Below are positions 1 through 11,510 of a stretch of 64,000 nucleotides of DNA, in pieces. A program made the position numbers and the translations under genes. The stretch is from assembly GCA_036785375.1 (NCBI GenBank), contig JAWMAR010000039.1, forward strand, positions 1,426,001 to 1,490,000, read 5' to 3'. The number at the start of each line of letters is the position of its first letter. The first letter of the stretch is position 1. The notes under the pieces were generated by a model. It saw only the letters and a list, made by a program, of their open reading frames with translations. It searched no databases and was not told the origin of the DNA. The DNA is from Leucoraja ocellata (Eukaryota).

Positions 1-225
1 AAAGGGAGAAGAAGGGATGACCAGGATTGAACAAGTCTTTGATTATGTTGGCTGCTTTTCCAATGCAGTGTGAAGTACAGATGGAGACAATAGTGGGAAG
101 TCTGCACTGTGTGATGGACTGGGCTACACCTACAACTCCCTGGTACTTTTTGAGGTCTTGGGCAGAGCTGTTCCCAAACCAAGCTGTGATGCAACCTGAC
201 AGAATGCTTTCTGTGTAGAAGTGTT
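1..225 (-). mobile_element. Rex1/Babar-type non-LTR retrotransposon fragment (degraded)
   Basis: Colinear with 12540-12745 (agggggagaagaggga..., ttcccaaacca.gctgtgatgca.cc.ga.agaat), which is the reverse complement of the RT C-terminal region seen at 6661-7030. Confidence 0.55.
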
Positions 226-867
226 GTAACAGTTACTGTTGACAGGCCGATGTGATGGCCAATGGCAAAGTCTGGAACTTATCCTGATGCAGGGTCCCGA
301 CCTAATATGTTGACCATGTCTCTGCCTCCACGGATGCTGCACGACAGTTGAGTTCTTCCAGCTGTTTGTATTTTGCTCCACATTTTAACAACTACTGTAC
401 AATTTCCTGTATCTCTAGAACTTTGGACACACTTGAAAAGATTTTAAAATAAAAGTTTGACATTTTCTTGCACATCCCTTTTTAATTTCACCCATTTCTC
501 TTTTTTTTTTTATCAGCGGGTCAGGTAAATGCTGTCTTTCTTTTTATCTTTTCATCCAGAAGTATATTTAACTTCTGTGCTTTTATCTCCAGTATACTTG
601 TCTCAATCTGAAAGGGAACCATTTTCTTGTTTCCCATGTCAGCAGTGCTTCCATTGAAGAATAACATGTTTCTGTTTTATATCTGGTTGATGCCAAATGA
701 TTTAATTTTTTCCCCATTATGTAATCAGATATCCCCATCAGGTCTATTATTTCTAAATTGTGGAAATGTACCTTTGGAGTTGGCCTGGCTCCAATCGCAG
801 CCCAATCCTACTACTGACACATCACGAGGTCTAACCAAAGGAAACATCTCTCATTTCCCTTTCTCCT

Positions 868-965
868 GACTCAGTCTGAAGAAGGGTCTCGACCCGAAAC
901 ATCACCTATTCCTTTTCTCCAGAGATGCCGTCTGACCCACTGAGTTATTCCAGCTTTTTGTGTCC
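868..965 (+). mobile_element. Penelope-derived short unit with hammerhead-like core
   Basis: CTGAAGA (876-882)-A-GGGT-CTCG-ACCC-GAAA-CATC followed by the gatgccgtctgacccactgagttattccagc segment shared with the Penelope element at 44332-44780. Confidence 0.75.
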
Positions 966-2869
966 AACATGAAGGAACATCGCCTTTGGTTATCTAAATA
1001 GGCAAGCCAGAACTTTATGCATGGGGCTTTATCCGGGTGTGTCTTGCATTGATCGATAAGGAATGACTACATGTAGACCGTACACACTCCGGAATCAACC
1101 CTGGCTGCAAATGGTTTAATTGCAAGCTGTTTGGATGCCTTGCATGGCCAGCACACTTTGGCAAGAAGTCCCTTTAATGGGAAAGGACTTACTGATCGTG
1201 GCAAGACTTATATTTTCCCAGCAAGGAGAAAATGTGATGACTTAGGAAGCACAACTGAAGCACAATGTGTATTCAATTTCTCTCAGTCCCTTTAGGTTTA
1301 AAAAAAAAATGTATTTCCTACTCTTTTGGTTTCTCTTCCAACCTTATGATTTCCTTGGCTTTGTTTAAGGTAGGATCCTTGCCAGACTTGTGGCAGGAAC
1401 AATGGGGAGACGCTGCAGAAAATGGAATCATGTTTTTATGAAGGGAGCAAATAAAGTGAGGTATTTTATTTAATGCTCGTTCACAGAACAGAACAGTTGT
1501 TTGTATGGAGGGCTCTGTTTTTGCAGGGAGTTGAGGGCGATTTGCTGGCCCAGGAGGCAACGATCCTCCCGGGCTGCCCACCTCCCTGCATATGGTGGGA
1601 AACTTGCGTTTCTCATTGAACCAGCTGCAGAGCAAGCAGCTGCCGCTGGTATGTTCTGGCAATGAGACGACCCCAGGCAGGGAGAGGCAGAGGGCTGAGA
1701 TTGGGGGCACTGGCGTGCTAATATTGACATTCATGCAACTTGTTGAGGCTGCCTGCTCAAACACGGGGCTAGGGCCCATCAGCATTGCTGCCCAACGCTC
1801 GGCTTTTATACCCATACCGTATTTCCACAAATATCACTTTGCTGAGCTAAACGACAGCAAGTCATCACGTGCCGGAGAATGCAATCCAAAAACGATCTCT
1901 CAACGGGATAGCCGGCATCGTCACGCTGATCGTGAGGAGTGGATTTTCCGAGCCAGTTTGAAAGCCAGGCAGCTGCTCAGCGTGGGATCGAGTTCACTAC
2001 CTGTTGCCGTTCCCAGCCCAGAGACAGCTCCACAAAACAAAATGCTGCAGGAAATGTTGGTATTGCCCTGATGGTGAAATAATGATTCGCAGCCCACCGT
2101 GTGTGCAACAAACATATGCCTTCACTTAAGCTTCATCTGTCAATTTGTTTCTTCCATTCAGTACAGTTCAAAGATGTAAAAATATTGTTTTGAGGCTCAA
2201 CATCAGCCCAGCCTGTTGAACAAAGTGTAATTACCTACTGGCCGACAGTTAATTGATTAATTGCACAGTTTCTATAATTATCAACTGGTGGTATTCAGTT
2301 TGCAGGCAATTGCACAAAGCAGTTTGAAGGGTGGCCCTGGTGGGTTTGAAGGAAGGAGGGGAATGATATGGTCTTGAGTTTGTTTGCAAATTTATTTGTT
2401 GTGAAAAAACACTTCAAAGATGGCCTTACTGGAGCTGGGTCAGAGGAGAGGTTTCAGGAAGGAATTCCATCATTTCTCTTGTCTGAATGCACTTTGAAAA
2501 GATCCAGCCATGGAACTATTATCTCACAAAGGATGGTCACCACATGGTCCCTGGAGTGTAAATCACTTGGCATCAACTCTGCACCATTTATATCCTGCTG
2601 TGTCCAGACCAAACCAATTCATAATGTCTCTTCCATTTTAACATGGCCTCTCCTACATTCGCAGCTCCTCTGTTGCAGTCCTCTATTTTACAATCCTTTC
2701 AGGGCAGCAGTGCTGAGCCTTTGGAAAGTGAAGGATTGAGAGAATTGGACAATGTGACTGAGTTAAACAATCAGTGTCCCACTTGTTAGCTACATTCCAC
2801 AGCTTTTGACTCCAGCCACCTCTGCTTCTCCTGCATACACTGTACGCCGCTCTGGGTCCTACATGACAG

Positions 2870-3226
2870 TTCATAAGTGATAGGTGCAGAATTAGGACAT
2901 TCAGCCCAACAAATTACTCCACCATTCAATCATGGCTGATCTAACTCTTGCCCCTCAACCCCAATCTCCTGCCATCTCCCGTTAACCCCTGACAGGTTCC
3001 ATATTAATCAAGAATCTATCTATCTGTGCCGTAAAACATATCCATTGATTTGGCCTCCACAGCCTTCTGTGGCAATGAATTCTACAGGTTCACCACCCTC
3101 TGACTTAAGAAATTCCTCCTCATCTCCTTCCTAAAGGAACGTCCTTACGTTCTGAGGCTATGACCTCTGGTCCCAGACTCTCTCACTAAGGGAAACAGCC
3201 TCTGCACATCCACACCATCCAAGCCA
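2870..3226 (-). mobile_element. CR1/HER1-type LINE 3' fragment
   Basis: Reverse complement resembles the 3' end of the CR1 copies at 5486-6120 and 13510-13830 (gatcagccatgattgaatgg, ttctgcacctat). Confidence 0.85.
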
Positions 3227-3674
3227 TGGTGAGCAATGAGCTAGCATCCCGGCCCACCTTTGTAGTTAATGGTTCCATGTACGATACTTGGCATACCTGT
3301 GGGACTCAGGATATTAGAAACTTTGTTTACACACAGGAGATCGCTCTGTGACATTCAGTCTGCACAGAGGGGATATCGCCACCTATTACAGTCATTTCTT
3401 TCCATTCTCAGTTCTCCACAACTGACTCAGTGGCTTGCACCATGATGTGTAGAGTGGTGTTTCTCCGGCGTAACTGTTGCTGGAGTGTTCACGAGGCAGT
3501 CTCTAACTGTGCACATCACATTGTGATGACAGCATTTGTTTACATGCCTTGCCTTGCACTGTCAAAATATTGACATGACAACACAATCTGTTTAAAACCA
3601 CCACATGAATATTCAGCAAAAGCCTGACCAAGAGTTAGGACTCTGAGCAACCGCACATATACATTCACATACTT

Positions 3675-4160
3675 GCACTGCCACAGAGCTTGGTCGACAT
3701 GACCCACCTTGTCCATGTCGACCAAGTTAGTACACTGGGCTAGTCCCATTTGCCTGCATTTGGCCCATGTCCCTCCAAACCTTTCCGATCCAGATATCTT
3801 TCAAAGGTATTTTTATTGTCAGGTGTACCAGTGACATTCGATTTACCAAATGTCTTTTAAAGTCATGAATATATCTGCTTCCATCGTTGCCTCTGGCTGC
3901 TCATTCCAGATACGGCTCTGAGCGGAAAAAGTTGCCCGTGAGGTGACTCTTATATCTTTCACCTTAAGCTTTTTGTTTCAGAATCCTCTTCTCCTGGGAA
4001 AAAAGACTGTGAGCAATCACTTTATCCATGCCACTCGTGATCTTGTACCCCTCAGCCTTCTATATCCCAAAGATAAAAGTCCCAGCCGACCCAACCTCTC
4101 CCCGTAACTCAGGCCCGCCGTGCTGGTGAATCTCCCCTGCACCCTTTCCAACTGCCCTGT
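3675..4160 (-). mobile_element. CR1-type LINE 3' fragment (older subfamily)
   Basis: ORF 4017-4205(-) contains LERVQGRFT...GLSYGERLGRLGLLSLGYRRLRG, a CR1 ORF2 C-terminal motif. Confidence 0.8.
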
Positions 4161-5485
4161 AGGGGTGGCTGAAGTACCAGGCCACACCACATGTCCACAT
4201 CTCAATGTGTTTCAGGGTCTTGACTACTTCACCACAAAAGAATTTCAATGTAATTGACTCTAACATGTGCCTATTAAGCCATGTTTAAATCACCATGGAT
4301 TTAATCGACACTGGGGTGACATTTCAGGAATGAATGTATGATCCAAAAGTACTGATGGTTAGAGCAGTGCTTTCTCATTCAACCTCAGGCAATAGAGATG
4401 TGTTACAGTAAATATTCATACATTATTCCACGATGGCTCCATTCGTTTCTGCGTGAACCATTACTTGGTAAAGATCTTCCAGTTTGGTTGGCTGAGGCAC
4501 TGAATAATTGTTGGATTGGGTCAAGGGTTAGGTTGGCTTTCTGCCCGATATAAATATCAAAGATAGTGTGAGGAAGCCAGGCCTGACCACACTGAGGTCA
4601 GTCTGCAAGTACAGATTGACTCGGTTTAGTGAGGACAGGAGTTGAATTTAATAGGGACAGTGTGATTTGGTTTGTTATCTTCTGCGTTGAAACAATTGTT
4701 GTAAATATACGATTAAGGTTTCAAGGTCAAGGTTTCGGGAGAAAAGGAATAGGTGACATTTCGGGCCGAGACCCTTCTTCAGAAGATGCTGTCTGATCTG
4801 CTGATTGCTCCAGCTTTTTGTGTCTTATTATAAAAGATACTTGGTATATACCTCCCTTTATCATAGGCTGACACATTTGCCTTGAATGAAGAGCATATCC
4901 AGATGAATTATTTAGAATCACAATAGATTTTTTTTGTAAAAGCTACTTTTGTTAATAAATATATTGGTAGATTACTCGTACTCCATTGAGTACAGTATGT
5001 AGATAGCGTACATGAATCTTAAATCACAGCATGAGATCACCTTATCAAAGAGCTTGCAGTGTGCACTTATCGTTGAGCAGTCACAGCTTCTTGGTGTGAC
5101 TGAGCCTTCTGTGGAATGCCCCATCCATTAACAGAAGCAAATGTAATTGAATGGAGAGAGGTGACATTGTTAGCTCCGAGTGTTTCTGAAAGTCAGTTCA
5201 CAGGTATAGTTCTTGGCTGCTCTCCAGTTTCCATTTTTTTTGCAGTCAATAAATAAATAATTGCAACGATCATTTAAACATCATTTTCATTTTTTCTACA
5301 TCTATAAATTATAGAAACACACTGATAACATCCAGCAAGGTTACTTGCAGATATTCTCAAACTATTTAATGTCATTGGGGTTGTCGGCAGAAAATGGAGT
5401 TATGATCGGTGTTTGGCTTCAAGAGATCACGTTATTGTGCCATAGAGAAACACAGGCCCTTCAGCCCATTAAGTCTGCGTCGACC

Positions 5486-6120
5486 TAGCAAAAGGATTTG
5501 AGTATAGGAGCAGGGAGGTTCTACTGCAGTTGTACAGGGCCTTGGTGAGACCACACCTGGAGTATTGCATACAGTTTTGGTCTCCTAATCTGAGGAAAGA
5601 CATTCTTGCCATAGAGGGAGTACAGAGAAGGTTCACCAGACTGATTCCTGGGATGTCAGGACTTTCATATGATGAAAGACGGGATAGACTCGGTTTGTAC
5701 TCGCTAGAATTTAGAAGATTGAGGGGGGATCTTATAGAAACTTACAAAATTCTTAAGGGGTTGGACAGGCTAGATGCAGGAAGATTGTTCCTGATGTTAG
5801 GGAAGTCCAGAACAAGGGGTCACAGTTTAAGGATAAAGGGGAAATCTTTTAGGACCAAGATGAGGAAAACTTTTTTCACACAGAGTGGTGAATCTCCGGA
5901 ATTCTCTCACGCAGAAGGTAGTTGAGGCCAGTTCATTGGCTATATTTAAGAGGGAGTTAGATGTGGCCCTTGTGGCTAAAGGGATCAGGGAGTATGGAGA
6001 GAAGGCAGGTACAGGATACTGAGTTGGATGATCAGCCATGATCATATTGAATTGCGGTGCAGGCTCGAGGGGCCGAATGGCCTACTCCTGCACCTATTTT
6101 CTATGTTTCTATGTTTCTAT
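5486..6120 (+). mobile_element. 5'-truncated CR1/HER1 LINE (ORF2 C-terminus, 3'UTR and (TTTCTATG)n tail)
   Basis: ORF 5530-5925 YRALVRPHLEYCIQFWSP...EGVQRRFTRLIPG...RRLRGDLIETYKILKG is typical CR1 ORF2; stem-loop ggccgaatggcc then ttctatgtttctatgtttctat tail; possible 4-bp TSD GACC (5482-5485 / 6121-6124). Confidence 0.95.
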
Positions 6121-6660
6121 GACCATCAGCACCAATTTACACCAGTCCAACATTAGTCCCATTTTATTGTTCTTCCCACATTCTCATCAACTACCCCAGT
6201 TTCTACCACCGACATGTAAACTAGCAGTACTTTAACAGTGGCCACTTCACCCATCAGGAGGTTCAGGTGGTCTTTAAATGGTCATGATTGTCCATTTGCA
6301 AGATTGCAAGATTATTTTCCACTCTGTGACTCTTTGCTCTGGCATGTGTTGGAAGGAAAATGCAAAGAATTGGCCCCATGCTTTGCTACTTGAGATGCTA
6401 CTAAAGGCTGCCCGTTTGATTCCTGGAGACGATGCATGCATTGTCCATAAGTGGATGGAGATGAACCACAATACATTCCCATGAATGCATGCTGTCACAG
6501 AAGGCCTAGAGAAATGAATCCTGGCTTTGCAAATTAAGTCCTTGAGTCATAGAATTATGGAAACACAGACCCTTCAGCCCGACTTGGCTATGCCGACCAT
6601 CTACACTAGTCCCACCTACCCATGTTTGGTCCATGTTCCTCTAAACTTTTCCGATCTGAG

Positions 6661-7219
6661 AAAGTTTGTCAAGGAAGACTCTCTCTAACTTCTACAAGTG
6701 CATAGTAGTGAGCATGCTGGCTGGTTGCATCGTGGCTTGGTTCGGCAATTTGAGCGCCCTGGAGAGGAAAAGACTACAAAAAGTAGTAAACACTGCCCAG
6801 TCCATCATCGGCTCTGACCTTCCTTCCATCGAGGGGATTTATCGCAGTCGCTGCCTCAAAAAGGCTGGCAGTATCATCAAAGACCCACACCATCCTGGCC
6901 ACACAATCATCTCCCTGCTACCTTCAGGTAGAAAGTACAGGGGCCTGAAGACTGCAACAACCAGGTTCAGGAATAGCTACTTCCCCACAGCCATAAGGCT
7001 ATTAAACCTGGCTCGGACAAAACTCTGATTATTATGAACCCATTTTCTGTTATTTGCACTTTATCAGTTTATTCATGTATGTATATATTTATATTATGGT
7101 ATATGGACACACTTATCTGTGTTGTAGTAAATGTCTACTATGTTCTGTGTGATTAAGCAAAGCAAGAATTTCATTGTCCTATACAGGGACACATGACAAT
7201 AAACTCACTTGAACTTGAA
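6661..7219 (+). mobile_element. 5'-truncated Rex1/Babar-clade LINE (RT C-terminal domain and 3' tail)
   Basis: ORF 6666-7028 FYKCIVVSMLAGCIVAWFGN...RLQKVV...IIKDPHHPGH...LLPSGRKYR...TTRFRNSYFPTAIRLLN; ends aataaactcacttgaacttgaa. Confidence 0.85.
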
Positions 7220-8211
7220 GTAGACATGAGCTTTCCTTATTTATTCATTTCTTGCAATCATCGCCCATCTCCGCTTGCCCATCTGTAGTGACGGTGGTAG
7301 GGAGCTCCAGGACTCAGATCCAGGGACAAGCAAAGAAGGGCAACATGTCTTCATGTTGGCGTGGTCGGTGAGGTTTCGGGAGAACATGAAGAGACAGGGT
7401 CCCGTGTGACTGAACCTGTTACGATGCCTGTGCTTTCAGAATAGCCCCAGTGAGGAAACGCAGCATATTTAATGGACGGCGTACACAGTAACTATCTTGT
7501 GTTGGTGATGGCAGGAAGGAATGAACATTCAGGGTGGACGTGGCATCAGTTAAAGGGGGCTGCTTGTGCAAGACGGCTGAGAACAATGGATCTTAAACGG
7601 TAAAATAAAAAGTGTGACTTCATTAAAATGCCACTACTGATACCAAGTTGAGACCAGATTCATGAGGAGGTTGTGAATTAACTCAAAATACAAAGTGACT
7701 TTGGTGATTCAATAAAGTAGACTTTGATAGTTCCAGTTTATTCTGTGTCGTAGCTGATGAATTGTTTGAACCCTGACCTTCGGCGTTCTGGTTGTCAGCT
7801 CTGGAATTCTCTTGCTAAGCTGCCCCCTCCATGTCCATAATCTACCATGTCAGTGTTGTTCCTGCATTCCCAGCGTGACTCAGAGTCCTGCTCACAGTTC
7901 ACACACACTCTGAAACGTTGAAATATTCACAGGTCCCAGCTGAGCTCTCACTGTAAAAGGTGATGACTCCCAACAATGCAGAACCACCCCCAGTGTGCAC
8001 TGCAGTGCAAGTCTGGGCTATTTTATTTATTTTCCTTATTATCGAGCTGTGATTTCTCAACTAGAATTTTCGTCCATGGTGTTTTACTGATCACAAGAGG
8101 AAAGCAGCTCGGCATAGAGCTTGCTAAACTGTCCGAAGGCATCAGAGGTTAAACAACGTTTTAATTTTTACCATGCTAATCGACTTACATGACAAAGCAT
8201 CATAACACAGA

Positions 8212-8680
8212 AGGTAGATACAAAATGCTGGAGTAACTCAGCAGGCCAGACAGCATTGTAGTTTTAGTTTTTAGTTTAAGAGACACAGCGTTGAAACAGG
8301 CCCTTCGGCCCACCGGGTCCGTGCCGACCAGCAATCCCCGCACGTTAACACTATCCTACACACACCCGGGACAATTTTTTTTACATTTACCGAGCCAATT
8401 TACCTACATACCTGCGCGTCTTCTGAGTGTGGGAGGAAACCGAAGGTCTCGGAGAAAACCCACGCGGTCACGGAGAGAACGTACAAACTCCGTTCAGACA
8501 ACATCGGGATCGAGCCCAACTTTGTAGAAAAAGAATGGCTGACATTTCAGGTTGGGACCACTTCTTTGAAAAGTCACCCAACCATTTTCTCCGGAGATGC
8601 TGTCTGACCCGCTGAGTTATTCCAGTACTTTGTGTATAACTTTGGTATAAGTCAGCATCTGCAGTTCCTTATTTTGACAC
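8212..8680. mobile_element. Penelope-derived inverted unit interrupted by an HE1-type SINE
   Basis: aaaatgctggagtaactcagc arm at 8222-8255 resumes at 8528; opposite-orientation arm gatgctgtctgacccgctgagttattccag at about 8596-8670. Confidence 0.7.
8262..8521 (-). mobile_element. HE1-type tRNA-derived SINE, 5'-truncated
   Basis: Reverse complement of the full copy at 27798-28122, including the (ctaaa)n tail; TTGTAG duplicated at 8256-8261 and 8522-8527. Confidence 0.85.
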
Positions 8681-9289
8681 TTTTGGCTGGAGCCGCCAGC
8701 AGCAATTTTTAGATTATGCTTTCCGATTCAGCAAGAGACATTCTGGCACATAACACATGAACCACCTTATTCTTGGGACGTGGTAAGCCTGAAATCTCCG
8801 TGGTTGAAGCTAGTTCTGCCAGTTAGAGAGGCGTCTATCTGCACATCCTGAATTGTCACTGCCTCGACTGTTTCCAGCTTACCAGTCTTGTTGCAGAGTG
8901 TTGATCTTCGGGGCTGTCAGTCTTGCGGCTCTGATTATTCCTCCACTTGGAGTCTGTGGTCCAGTAGTCCTTTCTTTGTGGTGGGATGGCTGCTTTAAGT
9001 CCAACTGCTGCCTCGTTATGTCCTACTCCAGATGGAGTGGGATGGATTTTTGTTCAGTTGTGGTTATTCTCCACTGAGTGTTGCAGAATAGCAGGGAGGG
9101 CGGGCTGCACTAAGTCAGTCAAGGCATGCTGGGTCTCGCAAAGACGAACAGAAGGCAGAATTGGAAGCTCCATGAACTCTGCTCTTTCCCAGTGAGCAGC
9201 AAACGTGCAGGCTTTGTTTACCGCCTTTACTCGCTGGGTTCCTGGCAGCATGTCACTTGTAAAGAAAAGTACACTCGTTGGCCTTCCTC

Positions 9290-9450
9290 TTCTTCTTCTT
9301 CTTCTTCTTCTTCTTCTTCTTGCGTATGGCGTGCACAGCCTAAAGTTGCAGGACAACTTGTTCTATTTGATCTTATTTGATTGTGCACACCAGGTTGATT
9401 GCATTCGTCGAAACAGGGCGGACCACGTGAAGGTTGCAATCTCCCACCCC
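9290..9450 (-). mobile_element. Full-length short non-autonomous retroposon with HDV-like ribozyme head and (AAG)n tail; probably Ingi/Vingi-type
   Basis: Perfect 11-bp TSD TGGCCTTCCTC (9279-9289 / 9451-9461); minus strand ends ...GCCATACGC(AAG)n; no tRNA A/B boxes; clade assignment is inference. Confidence 0.85.
9397..9450 (-). ncRNA. HDV-like (CPEB3-type) self-cleaving ribozyme, minimal P4
   Basis: GGGGUGG(P1)-GA-GAUUGCA(P2)-ACC(P3)-UUCACGU(L3)-GGU(P3')-CCGCCCU(P1')-GU-UUCGA-CGAA(J4/2, catalytic C)-UGCAAUC(P2'); G1-U wobble at the cleavage site; activity untested. Confidence 0.88.
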
Positions 9451-9579
9451 TGGCCTTCCTCCATCCTGATCAAATACTTGTGTCTCAGTTGTAGAAACCA
9501 TTCTGTGTGCAAAGAAACCTTTGTTTTTGAGTAATGCGCAGACCTCAGGCTTGAAATGGTTCATTGCGGGCTGAGTAAG

Positions 9580-9726
9580 GTCGTAATGTCATATGGAATA
9601 GGAGTAGAATTAGGCCATTCGGCCCATCAAGTCTACTCCGCCATTCAATCGTGGCTGATCTATCTTTCCTCCTAACCCAATTCTCCTGCCATCACCCCAT
9701 AACCTCTGACACCTGTGCTAATCAAG
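9580..9726 (-). mobile_element. CR1 3'-end fragment
   Basis: gaattaggccattcggcccatcaagtctactccgccattcaatcgtggctgatc is the reverse complement of a CR1 3'UTR. Confidence 0.8.
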
Positions 9727-9893
9727 AGCGTACATGTGGAATGTGTACTGCAGGCTGCGTACTGTGGAATGGCCGTGTTTGGGAGCCGTACATGTGGACT
9801 GTGTACTGAGGGCTGTATATGGGAGCCTTACAAATGGGCTGTGTACCGTGCATGTTGGGGTGTGTATCTGAGCTGTATATGTGGCCTGTACAC
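9727..9893. repeat. Degenerate minisatellite
   Basis: Recurrent gtacatgtgg / ctgtgtact / ctgtatat units. Confidence 0.55.
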
Positions 9894-10509
9894 TATCTTT
9901 GCAACAACATTGATTTTCATCGGGTAATCTGTGCTGCACAGAATTGCAAAGTATAGATTACTGTGAAATCTATTCCTGTCTCAGTGGGGCAACGTCCACG
10001 TGAGGGAGTATTTTTATAAAGATTTAAAATGAATTTGTTTCCCTCTCCCTGTTGGTGTGACATTTTAAAAGCAATACATCTGTCAGGGGAGTGGTACCAA
10101 AATGCTGTGTAGTTCATTAATCCCGTCTGCACCATTTCTCATTCAACCCTGTCATTAGGAAATATTCTATTTATGGAGGTCTGCATGTGCTGAATTTTAA
10201 ATTATCAGAAATTAGTATGTTTTTTTCTCCAGGTAATTTTCTTTTAGCTGTAAATGACTTGCCAATAAAATAAATCAGCGTTGCTTACAGCCGTTCACCC
10301 CACTCCTATCGCACACCCTGCCCCCATTGTCATCCCACACCATCACTCCTCCGTTACCCATCTCCCACCCACCCCCATCACCCCCCCTGTTCCCATCTCC
10401 CATCGCACGCCCTGCATCCATCTCTCACTCCACAATTAGTGCTCAGAGTCTGTCATTGTGTACCAGAGTAAACTTCCATTCTCTCTCTCCTGGATCCCTT
10501 TCGAACTTG

Positions 10510-10778
10510 TAAAGATACAGCGTGGAAACAGGCCATTCGGCCCAGTGAGTCTGCGTGGACCAGTCAAGCACCAGTACACCAGTTCCATGTCTTACACACT
10601 AGGGAGTAATTTACAGACATCAGTTAACCAACAAACCTACATATCTTTGGGATGTGGGACTGGAGCATCTGGAGAAAACCCTATACGGTCACAAGGAGAA
10701 CGTGCAAACTCCACACAGACAGCACCAAGGTCTGGCTCGAACCCGGGTCTCTGGCGCTGTGAGGCAGCAAACACCACC
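10510..10778 (-). mobile_element. HE1-type SINE
   Basis: gatacagcgtggaaacaggcc...ggagaacgtgcaaactccacacagacagcacc...tcgaacccgggtctctggcgctgtgaggcagca. Confidence 0.85.
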
Positions 10779-11510
10779 CAAATGAGGAGATCTACTTTAT
10801 GTTGTCACTGCCTTAACTGCATTCGGTGTTATGTGAATGAATCAGTGATCTCACACGCGATTTCCCTTGTTCTGGATGTTCACGCCGACACAGTCCAGCC
10901 TGCTACACGTGGTGTCATCGTGCACTTGCATTCCCCATCACTTGTTGCCTGGGCAGAGTCCCAAATTATGAACAACTCCCCAAATTGTTCAGCTATCGAT
11001 TCCAGCTCGGCAGTGATGATTATAATGGGAACAATGCACCTAAAAGAAAGAGTTAAAGCCAATGAAATACTTTAAGCAGTGTACTCACTGACGTAATAAT
11101 GGATACAAAGCCACCAATTGCTACACATCAAGGACCCGGATTTAACAATGCAATACTGACCAGATAATCACAACCAGTAATTTTGAATTGCACCTTGTTA
11201 AATATATTGCTCCTTCTGGGAATTTGAAATAAAAACATGTATTTGGATGTACAAGAGGTCAGGCAGCATCCTCATGAAACATTCACGGAGGCCACTTGAT
11301 CTGATTATTTCCAGCATTCTGTTTTCATGTTCTTTCCTCTGGAGCCTCGCTACCACCAAGGAAAGAGCGGTGAGCTTGATGGTTATGTTTCTCACAGGAC
11401 GCAGTGTTTGTCCCCACAACCCTGTGTGCAACACAGCTGTAGTTTGTACTATGTCTGGCACTTATCAAATCACCAGTTTTTTCTTCTGAGAGCAACGTAA
11501 TTATTGCAAC

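Noticed and set aside
984-997. CTTTGGTTATCTA resembling the start of miR-9
   Set aside because: The match stops after 13 nt and there is no precursor hairpin
1318-2115. Overlapping 159-170 aa ORFs on both strands
   Set aside because: No recognisable domain or consistent splice signals; may be regulatory DNA but not supportable as CDS
9054-9534. ORFs with poly-R, poly-S, poly-L and poly-E
   Set aside because: Translations of the (AAG)n tail of the retroposon
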